NCBI GenBank assembly: GCA_030704615.1
Contig: CM060731.1
Location: 37,882,001 to 37,946,000 of the forward strand
Reading direction: 5' to 3'
Source: Takakia lepidozioides
Taxonomy: Eukaryota > Plantae > Bryophyta
Length of the DNA: 64,000 bases
The position numbers and the translations under genes were made by a program. Of the stretch, positions 1 through 12,000 are shown in pieces (position 1 is the first letter of the stretch; each line of letters opens with the position of its first letter). The notes under the pieces were generated by a model. That model was given only the letters and a program-made list of their open reading frames with translations, had not been told where the DNA came from and made no database searches.

Positions 1-2179
1 AATACTAAATGAAAAGGAATCGTCGCAAATCTGACCAACTCGGGCCTTGATACAACGTTAAGTTAAGAACAAGCGTACACCAAATCCTCAGCTTCATTAA
101 GATACAACCCCAATCAAAACACACATGGTATAGTATTCTGTATGCATATGGTCACATAACAAATCTACACGTAGATGAGGCTGCCATAAGTGCATCCAAT
201 TTAGCCCACTGAATACAATGTCACCATTTAAGGGGTGTATGAATCACTTTACAGCCCAAAAATAGGGATATGTTTCAAGACCTGCTTACATTTGGGGTTG
301 TAACAATGTATTTGTGTGAAAAATACTATGACCAGCAGGCAAGTCAATCCCATTAATTTAATATATTAGTTTTGATTTATAATATCTTTAAATATCCCTG
401 AAATTAAAAATGAAATAGGAAGAGACCGTGGTCGTCGCAACTTCGGCTTGAGTGTTAGAAAGGCCATAGTTCCGTTATGATTTCCAATGAGTTTTATAAA
501 TTCTGTAAGTTAACATGATGTTTTGTTTAGCTATAAAATATCTACATGCGAGCCCTGCCTTGACATAGTTATGAATTGGTTGTGAAATGATTGACATAAT
601 CCGAGAGTTTAAATGTCAGGGAAATTGGTTTGTGGTCGGTCCAATATGCTTTTTTTTCTAGACAAATAATGTTATGTATGTGCATTAATCCATACTAGTG
701 TGGCCTCTGCTGTTGAGCACATAATGTACTGTCATAGAAGGTCCATATTAAAATCTCCTATAAAAATTGTTGGGCGAAATTTTGCTGCTTTATCGTATAA
801 AAAATGTAATACATCTACAATTTTATGAAGGGAAAGTAAAAGAGATTTGCTTGAGTTATCTCTAGCTACTACTCTAAGATTCTTACTTGAATAACTGCTA
901 ATTGAGCAGAATTAGCTAAGATAAATATAATGTAATTAGATGCTCAACTTAATTATCTTAATGTGACTATTTTGGTACTTTGACGTGAGTCATTGCTAAT
1001 TAAAACTAACTTAAGCTAATTGAGCAAAATTAGCTCAAATAAAAACTTTGCATAATCTCTCATCGAACAATTAGACACAATGAGGATCATTTGAATTCAG
1101 ATCATTAAATATTAAATGACATATTGCCAAAATATTAATGAACACATCTCATTTTTTATTAAGATAATAACCATATTGAAAAACTAAAATTTTAGAGTAC
1201 ATTGATTAGGTTATCTATAATTTTTTTTGAGAAACTAACACAATGTTTATGGTTCGTTATTAAAACCACAGTTTATGTATAAATATATTATTAAAATATT
1301 AAAATGATACTCTATCAGACAAACCGCAGCTCAAAACTTAATAAATAAATTTAACATGTAATCATTGATGAGCTGATGAAGCCTTTGCTTTGTCACTTTG
1401 GCAAAATACCCAGTGACCTTTGCTGATGGCTGATGGATTATGGCCACAACATTGCAAGCAATGCGACATCCCTCAGCTCAGGCAACGAAGCGAAAATAAC
1501 TTCCTTTCGCATACGTTCAAAATGGATGTGACAATGGATGACAATCATCCAACAAAAACGTTGGTCCCATGACAAGCGGGAGAAACCAATTGCGTAGTCT
1601 CTGCCTGAGGGCAGGGCCAATAATTTGTTCTAAATAACAATAACTTGAATATCTTTTCCTAGCTAGGATGAATCTAGGTAGGTCTGTAGCTTGACTTGCA
1701 GGGTAATGAAACTTGCAGTGAGTGTGTTTTCAATGTGTACCCAGGCAGGTAAGGGTTAGTATGGAACCGGAAACTTGTGAATCAAGGAGAGCAATGAACT
1801 CCTTTACACCGTGCACAAAACAAACCAGTGTTGGGCAGATATAGAGTCATCTGGATATGAACCAGCGTTTTTTTTGCTGGCGAATTTTCGCCAAATTTCG
1901 ACCTCAGAAAATAAAACGGAATATTCTGTCGCAAATTCCCTGGTTTTCCATGGATGAAATCGCCAAATTTCTCCAAATGAAAAATAAATTATGGATGAAT
2001 TCACCAAATATGGATGATATAAATGGATTTAAGTACGCGGAAGTGGATGATTCTGTCCTAATTTCAATGGCTGAACAGAATGTATGGCTATTTCGTGCCA
2101 AACTTTGTAGCCATTCGCGCTATTTTCCAAATTCCAGAAAAAAAAACACTGATATGAACAGCATGATACCAACAGCAGC

Positions 2180-3290
2180 AAATATCAATGTATCCGGACC
2201 CGGAACCGGCAAATTTTTAGTACCCGGGTTAGATGCATAACCGGCAGATATGAAAATACGAAAAGAATTTCCATACCTGGTGTAATACCCGGTGGATATC
2301 CGATCAATACCCATCGAAACCTGGCGGATCTCAGCCCTAAACTTAATAACCGGATGCATACCCAGATCCGCTGTTAGATTATGTTGGTAATAAGAACCGG
2401 CGGATATATGAAACCAAAAGCTCTTAATACCCGGAACCGACAGATATCTAAAACCAAAAGCTCTTAATACCGTAGTGGACGGCAGATTAGTCACAAATTA
2501 ATTTTTTTTAAAAATGCATGAGGAAATCTGTGATTTTTCAATATTTATGTCTAAAAGGCTGGAAAAATAACATGAAAGTGCCTAATTCAATAAAATTCTC
2601 TAAACTCTATATAATTTCTATTGAAAAAAAAATCTCCATAAATATTCAAAAAATATAGGCCAATTCCCTAGGTCCATACAACCTCAATGGGACCTTCCAA
2701 TGAGTCCTGGACATCCTGCATATGTTCATCATTGAATTCTTGATCACCATTCAAGTGAGATATATCTGAGTCTTCGATGTGCAAATTCCCAAGGCATGCT
2801 CTCCACCACCTCAACATCAAGATAGAAGTCTGGTATCTCTGAGCAATTAGGAATCCCTTCCACTTCCACTTGAGAATCTGTGGCTCTAAACAAAACCTCT
2901 GTAAAATTGGCTCTCATAGCCTGACACTGAAATTGAAACTCAAAAGCTCGAAGAATGCCGCAGTGTTAGCCATCTCCACATCTACATCCATACCGTGTAC
3001 TGTGCTCTCTGAAGCCATCTCCATTACAAAAAAGAGAGCACTGTTGCGAAAGACAAGACTTGTCGTAGGGTTTGTTTTGGGAAAGAAGAGGGAGGGGTCG
3101 ATGAAAGGAGAGAATTTCAAGTGATGAAAGGTGCCTAAACATGAGAAATCATAGATGACATGTGCCTAATCTATATAAATTCGTTCTGAAAGTGCCTAAA
3201 GAAAATATTCCAGATTTAATAATTATGAGGGAGTGCCTAATCTGCCATTCCACTACGGAACTGGCAGATATCTAAAACCAAAAGCTCTTC
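2180..3290. repeat. Probable DNA-transposon remnant with subterminal repeats
   Basis: Recurring accggc(a/g)gatat, and cagatatctaaaaccaaaagctctt at ~2405, 2441 and 3266. No transposase recognised. Confidence 0.35.
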
Positions 3291-3936
3291 GTATGTAAAG
3301 CAGTTTCATTCGGCCCTATTAATTCTAGAGTGGTCCAGGAATTAGCATGGTCCGGGAAGTAAAAGAGGGGGCCAATGTAATAAGGCCACCTGTATTAAGC
3401 CTAAACAGGGGCATGACTCAGCACAATCTGAGCGATCGGAGCCTTGACATCTGTGTAAGGTCCTTTGACCACATTTTCTCCATTGACTTCAACATGTTGC
3501 AAAGTCTCTCCCCCCTAGAGAGCCAAAAAGTTAATACCTATCCGCCCAACACTGGTTATTTCGTTATTTCCAATATGGTTGTAGAACCCTGTAGCCTAGT
3601 GTAGTCTACTTCAAGACTGAGGCCCTGAAGCACAAAAACTTGGATCCCATTTGGAGTCAACGACAAGATATTTGGGAGTAAACGAGGGCAAGTGGGGAGG
3701 AGTAAGAGAGATACGGTATCTTACTCATGTCTGTCGGAGAAGGGTAGATACAAGGGAAGGTAGTCCCGAGGACGGCTGACCTGCGCGACAAGAGCCACGC
3801 ACATCCAGCGCACCCACAATTCTTTTTACGTGCTCCCGCTCCTCAGGAGGCGCTGCCAAATCATTATCTCTCGTGCACCGCTACCAGTCATTGCTGCTCT
3901 CTATTTCCATCTCTCGCACCGTGCACAGGTACAGAG

Positions 3937-6900
3937 ATGACCACACTGCTGAGGCGAGCATGGGCGTCACTGCTGCACGCATCAATGATGTCCGAAGGAA
4001 CTGCACAAGACACAACGGACAACTCCGAACTACCACTGGTGCACAAGCTTCCCAAGGACCTTCTGTGCGTGGTTTTAACGAAACTCGGGGCTGCAGACCT
4101 TGCCGCAGCCAGTGTTGTTTGCCGAGCCTGGCATGCTGTGGCGAGTAGCGATTCACTGTGGGAAGGGGTGCTGGCTGCTGAGGCTGGGGAGCTATGGCCC
4201 TCCGTGCTCTTCTTTGAGAGTTTCTTGCGGCCTGGCTTCGCATTGAGGTAACTGTTGAACGTCACATGACGAGTGTGGGACGAGTCTGTGAGTTGTTCTT
4301 TTCTGGGTCTGCATTGTCTATGTCCGTATCTTAGCGTCGAAGTTCATAGTCCAGGTTTGTTACTGTGGTTGGTTTCGGGCTTATGGGGCCGTGAGTAAGA
4401 GGGGAGGGTGAGCAAGTACACCCTTTTAGTACCGTTTTCTAGCCTCGATGCTCGTTGAGTTGGGTCCAGAAGACACTTCCAGTGTATTGTATGATGCTCA
4501 ATGAATGGGAGTATGTGATATTATTGCGGTTGGACTCCTGGGGTGCACCATGTTCTGAAAGTTGACCGTCTGCCTGGTTTACATATTTCCTCGTGAGTAA
4601 GGGAACGTGTGTAGTGTAAAGGTCAGCTGTTCCTCTTCCTTTTCCTGGGGACAAGCCACAAATGTAATCGTTTTTCTTATGTAAGATGTCTGCTCAAGAG
4701 TTGCTATAACCACGAAGCACCTATTGCCAAGAGCCATCAATAAAATTCATGCTCAACCAGAGGACAGGAAGACACTTCCTGTTAGGCAGGCTACTGAACT
4801 ATAGTGAGGTATACAAGTTGTATAATTGGTGCAGTATTTATCTCACGTTTTTCCAGCACTCTTAAAGGGCCTCTGTTGTGACAATGTTGTCTCACATCAG
4901 ATTCAGGACCAATGAAATTCCCGACAGAGTTTGAACAATTTACCACACTTAATTTTATTCAAATATCGAACCTTTACTGTCCTGCGGATACATTGTGCAT
5001 GATTTCCATGCCGGACGCTGGTTGTCTCACTTTTTGTTCTTTGAGCACTTAGGATAGATAGGAGGGTGGCGGTGATGTGGTATGCCATGGACATGGCTAA
5101 GGGTGGAGCATATGGCAGGTCATCTGTGAAAACCTGCCCTCTGCCGTTCCGGCTCATTCACAGCCAACGCATCGTGCTTCCACTCTGTATCGTAATTGAT
5201 GGTCAGTTTGCTCATTCTTGTCCCTCTCTACTGCCCCTACAAACCCCCCTAATCTCACTGTTTTTGCATTCACTTCATTTTAAAAACATCCTATTCTTCT
5301 TCTATTGTCTTAACATGTGTCAAGTTCTATACACTTACTTCCTACTTGTCATCTATCACAGGCTTCTCAAAGTTCCTGACCCTTTACCTTCTGTGTCTTT
5401 CTATCTTCGCCCTACTTCCGCAATTTAAGAATGTTTTTGCAGTTAGTCTTGTTCCTTCAAGGGCTCCATAAAGTTTGCAACTTGTGTTTGTTCATCTGGC
5501 TTAGACCTGAGAACATTTGAAAAACGTTTGCATCTCTATGAAATCCGTATGAACACTGAAGGATTGGGGTGATGGTGTGACGGGTGAAGGGGGCTCTGGG
5601 TATTGCAAGTTTGGTTGGGGCAACCGTCCGGCACCTCAGGACAGGCTTGCCCCTTTTATGGTATGTTTTTCTGTGCAAGAGGAACTGTTAAAACCGTGGA
5701 GATGGATCAAACTGAGGGGAGGGACAGAATATTCTTCAGAAGCAAGAGAAACCTGTGAAGGACTGGGAAGGAGTGGCCAGAACGTGAAGCATTCAGCAAA
5801 CATGTGTGCTAGAATAGAGACCACGTTTGTTTATTACAGTCTTATGTATCTATCACTTGATCACCCAAGTGTAGTTTAATTTGAGACACCAGTGTAATTC
5901 ATTTCTAGGCTGTGCGTTTGAAATTATAAGCTTCAGGAGAGTGATAAGATCTCTCTAAACAGTAGTAGATGTACGTAGTAGTCAGAGGTGGAAGAATTCA
6001 ATATTGGGGTGGATGTGACAGGAGTTTGGGAATATTGAGTCACCCATATGTGCATGCTTGAGGGATCTTTTCACAGCGATCTTTGCTCGGTTTGCTACTC
6101 ACCTGGCCATCTGAACTTCATAATATTGGTAGCCTAAACTTTCTATGATTTGAACTGAGTTCTGTTTCTTTATATGTACTGTCTCCGGCTGGTCTTTCCT
6201 TCTGACTATTCTGTATCAAGCTTGTGGGGTGGGTCACAGCATGCGTGTGAAGCCAACAGCTCAGCCTGTTATGCTCACATCACCAATTTGCCACTCTGAT
6301 GGTTGGTGGCCTCCCCAACTTTCCCTCCTCTTTGCATCTTTAGTTTGTTGACATCCTGTAAAGTACAGATTTCTGGCAGTTGCCATGGGGAAGTGGAGAG
6401 ACTCAGGTTACAGCCCCATAGTGACTTCCTGTACCGGATGTGGATGGGAGCAGATACAGAAATTGCATTGGCTGCAAGGCGCCAGCTGCGTGAGACTACC
6501 TTTTCGGTCCTATTTGAGCTTGGTGTGCCAGCTGTTTGTGCTGTGGATCAGGTAGTAGCTTCTGTTATACCTATTGAAATTTGACATACCTGGATGGGCC
6601 TATTTTGACTACAACTAGTTGTGAGCAGCTTTATGATGGAAGCTGTGGGTAGTGGATATGTAGAGCTGTACTCAGCTGCCATTTACATTTCCTTGACTGG
6701 AGAGTCCCCTGGGCATATAAAACTCAGTCCAAATATGCCATACTGCTTGTGCACAGCAGATGAGGACCTGGTCATGGAAATTGAGAATTGATGGATGTAT
6801 ACTCAGGCAGTTACTATATACTATAGACCATTAGGTTGGGCACTGGTACTGCTGCCTTAGGAATCTGGCTGGAAATTCATGTGACAAAATTTCACTCTGG

Positions 6901-8935
6901 TTGCATTGCATGTTATGCTGTCAAAATAAAACTGCAGACAGAGGGTGTGTTTCAGAGGTTGCATCTTCTTTCAATTGCAAAGGAATTCAGCTTTCACAGA
7001 ACCAAGGAAAAAGGAAAAAGGCAAGAGAGAGAGATTGTACTCATAAGACGTTGTTTGCCGTAGCCTTCTGGCCATTGACCCCGCGCCCAGTTTGAGCGGG
7101 AACAAAAGGGACAGAACCTACCTCTGTCAGGGGCTGACGTTGGTAGTGTGACTTACCATCATATATAGAATTAATCCGGGTTTTCCAGATATCCTCTAGA
7201 AATCCCTTCACTCAAGCATCAATCTGCTGTGTGTGATTTGCCCAAAAACTAGGCTCAGGAGGGCCTGGGTTTTTGGCCAAGCCTCGAGACTTTCAAAGTG
7301 TTGTTTAAACAGGGGTACAGGCACAATTCCCTTGATAGAATTGAAGGAGAGAGTGTCTCTTTGGTGAGAGACCCAGGACAGTGTATCAGAAAGTGAATAC
7401 TGTCTCAGGATGTTCCACACAGCGGGCAATTGCACTCTCCCTTTCCTCTCGCTTAGGTTTGCTGTTCAAAGGTAGGATTCCTGCCCTGAGTTAAATCTCA
7501 GTCTAGTGCCGAGAGTGGGTAGACCCTTGAGGTCATCCAAGATGTCTCCCCCTGTCACTGACTGGAAACAAGTTCAGGGAAGTTTTCTGCCTAACTCATT
7601 CTCATCAGACAATCTCATGGCAACAGACATGGCTGAGGACACTACAGCCTCTAAGTCAGATTTACCAGCAGGGTCAAGACTTGCGGATCAGGTCCAGGTC
7701 CTTGAGAATCTCTTTACTCTCTTCTGCCAGGACTTAGCCTGTTTGACAGGGCGGTCCTGTTTTCCAAGATATAGAGTCGATTAACTTAGGATATCTGGTG
7801 TTGGGCATATGTTGCAGCTGACCCCACCATCTGACCTTGAATTATCTCGTCGGGAGCTTAAGGACACAGAATGCCAAACTCACCCCCGAACAGCCACATT
7901 GGCTGTTTTGGAGCATGCTGACATACACCTCCTTAAGCACCCCCACTGAATGGATTCTAGAGACTTAGCCTGGTTGGAGTTATCAACCCATATAGCAGAT
8001 CCGTACTCCAAGGCAGGTCTAATAACGCGACAAAGCATGGCTTCTTAACCTCAGAGTGACCTCTGCAGTGGAAAAATTTAGTGAGCCCCAGAGCTTTGCC
8101 CTTGCAGTTTGAACAACTTTCCGGATAGTGCATCCAATTACAATTGGTGGAAAACTCAACGCCCAGGTAAGTGTAGGAAGGAGGACCGGGATCTCTTGGC
8201 TACCCCACTGCCACTAAGATCACTTCCTCCCTCTCCTCTGTCGTTGAATGCTACCACTGCACAATTGCTGACATTAGCCTCTAGCCCCACAAAGATCAAA
8301 GTATCTCTTCGGCAATCATTTCAATCAAACCTGGAGATTGGTTGGGATCGTCTCCCTATGCTTGCGAAGTCATCTGCCCAAACATTAAGGGCTGGTATGG
8401 TGGTATCACCCACCCTTAAACCAAACAAATCCCTCACTCCACATCCTCGAGGAGGTGATTGATGATGAAAACATTGAAGAGCAGAGGGGAAGAGAGTACA
8501 TCCTTGAGCTCTCACCTTGGTCTATGTCAAGAAGTTGGACTCTTGTCCGTTAAACATGAGCAAACAGCGTTGTGTGTGAGTGTGAGCATACAAGCTGTGG
8601 ACAAAACTCTCCACATCTTTCCCTTGATCCCACAAGACCAGAGGCGGAAACCATAGGCCATCTCTCCACACTGTGTCGTAAGCCTTTTTGACACTCCAGG
8701 AGAAAAGACATAAGTGGGTTTCCCTTCTTTTTCCTTCCCCGGATAATCTGCGTCTTGTAGAGTGAAGATATATCCACACAGCCCTGTTGTTCGCCGAAAG
8801 CTCCAGATTTGGCCGTCGTGGAAAAACCTCTAGACTCTCAGCTGCAACCTCGAGACGAGTGACTTATAACTCTGCAGAATGTCTTGCCAACGCATTGAGG
8901 AGCGTGATGCAAGAGAGAAGGAGAGAGAGGAGAGA

Positions 8936-8974
<39 letters not shown>

Positions 8975-9042
8975 TGATGTTGTATCATAAGACGTTGTTT
9001 GCCATAGCCTTGTGGCCATTGACCCCGCGCCCAGTTTGAGCG

Positions 9043-9076
<34 letters not shown>

Positions 9077-12000
9077 GGGGGGGGTATATAAGAGAGGATG
9101 TACTCATTAGAGGTCATTCACTCCAGCCATGTGGCCATAGATGCTGCACCCCGTCTGTATGCAGCAGAGAGTGAAGAGTGTCTTGACAGATTCGTGTCAT
9201 TTCCATTTGAATACATGGTGTTGGCAAATGTGCTGATTATATTTTTCAAATCACTGCTTGAACAAGTTAATGGTGATGGGGGGCAGGCAGTCTTGGCACT
9301 CTATGCTGCGGGGCACACATCAGGCATAGCAGTGAACATTGGCTTCAATGTCACATCGATTGTGCCCAGTAAGTGATTTTTGAGTAAGTTGATATATTTG
9401 TAATATTGACAGTGAGGTAGGGATCCTTTGCCAGAGAGAAGTTATATTTACTTTCATGGTGCTTTGTCTAGTTTGTTGATATGCAGCAGCAGCATTGCTT
9501 TTAGCATCTTTTGTCACCCCTTTATTGTTTTGGTGTAGCTAATGTCTCAAACTGGTAGCAGTATAGGGGGTGGAAAATGAGCTGGATAATATGAGGGCAT
9601 TTTGATGGGTGTCTCATCAATAAGGAATCCTATCTTTGACACTATAGAGCCTCCAAAAACAGAGGTAAAGTTTGAAAAGCCTTTTTGGAGACTATATAAT
9701 TCACCTGGTTTCTATACTCCTTATTGCAGTCTAGGGGCCTTAACTTTTGCGATGGGAGAATGTCAAACAAGACAGTTGCTCATAACAGGGTTGGCTGAGG
9801 GGCAGTGCAGTTTTGCATGGAAAAGTGATGAGAAATGTCGGAGTGGAGATAGTGGAGCAAGGTTCTATGCATATTACTGTCTATCTCAGTCAGCTCATCC
9901 AGCAAAAGGGCACGACGCAGTTTGCATCCATGTACACAGCTCGCACCCTGAAAGAGGTGCCCCTCTTAGTTCCGTTCTTTCTTGCTTCTCTTGTTTTTCT
10001 GTCTGTGCCTACCTAGTGTCTAATGCTTGGTATCTATTGTTTGTGCATGTTCTGTTGTGTCTGTTAAGGCATACATATATCTCTCTCATTCTCTCTTTCT
10101 GTGCAATGGTAGCACGCCTGACTCCAAATCAGAAGGTTGCGTGTTCGATTCATGTCAGGCTCAAACCCCCAAAGTACCGTCCCCCACGCTTCTGCCGACG
10201 AGTCAAAAGCTTTTATTAACAGTAAGAGATCTGTAAAACGTATAATTCGAAAGCGCATAGAAAAATTCCAGAGGGAAGAGGTCTAGATAGAATATGTCCA
10301 GGCCGAGGTTCTCCCACCCTTTAATTGTTCCAAGATCTACCCTCTTGCTTGGGTGATGCAAGAAGAGTGGTTGACAGAGCTGTGGACTCTTGGGAGAGTT
10401 TCATCACTTCTGTGGCTGACAAGATTATTGGAGTGCAACTAATTGTATGCAGAAGAGCAGTAAATTGATGGACCAATGAGATCAAGCTTAAGATGGCTGA
10501 GAGATGGGTGCTTTATAGGGGCTGCTAAAGATGACAGACAACTGTGGTCTAGATATAACCAGCTGCAAAAAGAGGCCCTTCCCCTCTTGAACTTTATTTG
10601 GAAGACTGAAGGGATCCTCTTTCGCTGGAGAGAGGGTATCATTGTCAACCTGTATAAGAAAGGTGACAGAGAAGAGCTTGGGAAGTACTGTGGCATTACC
10701 CTTCTTAGTGCAGTTGGCAAGCTTTGTAGGATAGTAAGTACCCGTTGATTTGGAGTCTAGAAGTGTTTTCTATAAAGGTGAGGCTGGCTTTCAAAGAAAT
10801 AGGTCTGTGTTGACCAAATCTTTACCCTAAGCCAGTTGAAGGGAAAAAGAAGGAGAACCCACCTTTGTCCTCTTGCTGGATGTAATAACATCTTATGACA
10901 CAGAAGTGCAACGGCTGTGGCTTCGTCTGTTGTCTTCTGGGATCAGGCCAAAGATGTGGAGGATGATCCACAACCTGTATTTGAACACCAGAAGTTGTTT
11001 TATGGTCATTGGCCAGAAGTCTAATTTCTTTGAAATTGACCAAGGTGTAGCGCAAGGTTGTACCCTCTCCCCACTGCTCTTCGATGTTTTCAATAATCAG
11101 CTCCTTGAAGATGTGGAAAGCATGGGGATTTGGGTTAAAGGTGGGTGATGCCACCATACCAGCTCTTATGTTTGCGGATGACTTTGTGGGCCTAGGGGAT
11201 ACACCAAGAGTGGATTGATTGTGTCAAGAGGTACCTTGACCTGTGGAGGCTAGAAGCCAATCTTAGTAAATGAGCGGTGACTTGGAGGCTGAAGTGTTGA
11301 AGGCCCCATAGCGGAAGCACGTAGGATGTCCAAACAAAACGAAGTTAGGCATAAAACTTCCCTGAACTTGTTTCCAGTTTGTGACATGGGTGAGGACCTG
11401 AAGGATGATCTGAAGGGCCTACCTACCCTCAGCACTAGACTGAAACTCAGGGCGGGGAGTCTACCGTTGAACCAGAGCAGAGAGGAAAGGTAGCTTGTCA
11501 ATGCCCGATTTTCCGGGCGGCCTGAACACAATATCCATTTTTTGATACAATGTCCAGGGTATCCTTATTCAACCCTGTTCAGAACCATCAAGAACATAGT
11601 CCCTTCACCTCTGTTCATCGACTCTCACAATCATGAGGCTGAGCCTAAAGCCCTGGCCCTGATGGGTCTAATTGCTGGGCAGTTCACACAATGATGCTTG
11701 TGTGAAGGGATTGTGCGAAGGGATTTCTAGAGGAAACCCGGAACGCCTGATCCAATTGTTTATACCAAGGTAAGTCCCACTACTGGAGTGAGCCCCTCAC
11801 AAAGTTAGTGTCTGTTCCCTCTTGTTCCATGAGACCTGGGCGCGGGGTCTGTGCGCCCAAGGCTACGGCAAACAACGTCTCGTGAGAACATTCTCTATCA
11901 CCTCTCTCACTTTTCAAGGGAATGGGGAGGTATCCCAAGTCATACTTTATAGAGCAAAGACTTCATGACAACTTGGGCAAGCCATGGGATGCCAACACAA

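Noticed and set aside
1-304. Possible Ty3/gypsy LTR edge (ggggttgtaaca at 293-304)
   Set aside because: Only a terminal motif. No partner LTR or coding sequence is visible.
5119-6301. A few ARP8 codons (CCG, CAC, TCA, TCT) would match the angiosperm residue after C-to-U editing
   Set aside because: This is a nuclear gene, the positions are variable, other differences go in the opposite direction, and my reference is from memory. Ordinary divergence explains it.
10101-10163. Functional tRNA-Trp gene
   Set aside because: The 5' acceptor-stem strand is missing, there are stem substitutions, and no adjacent T-run terminator.
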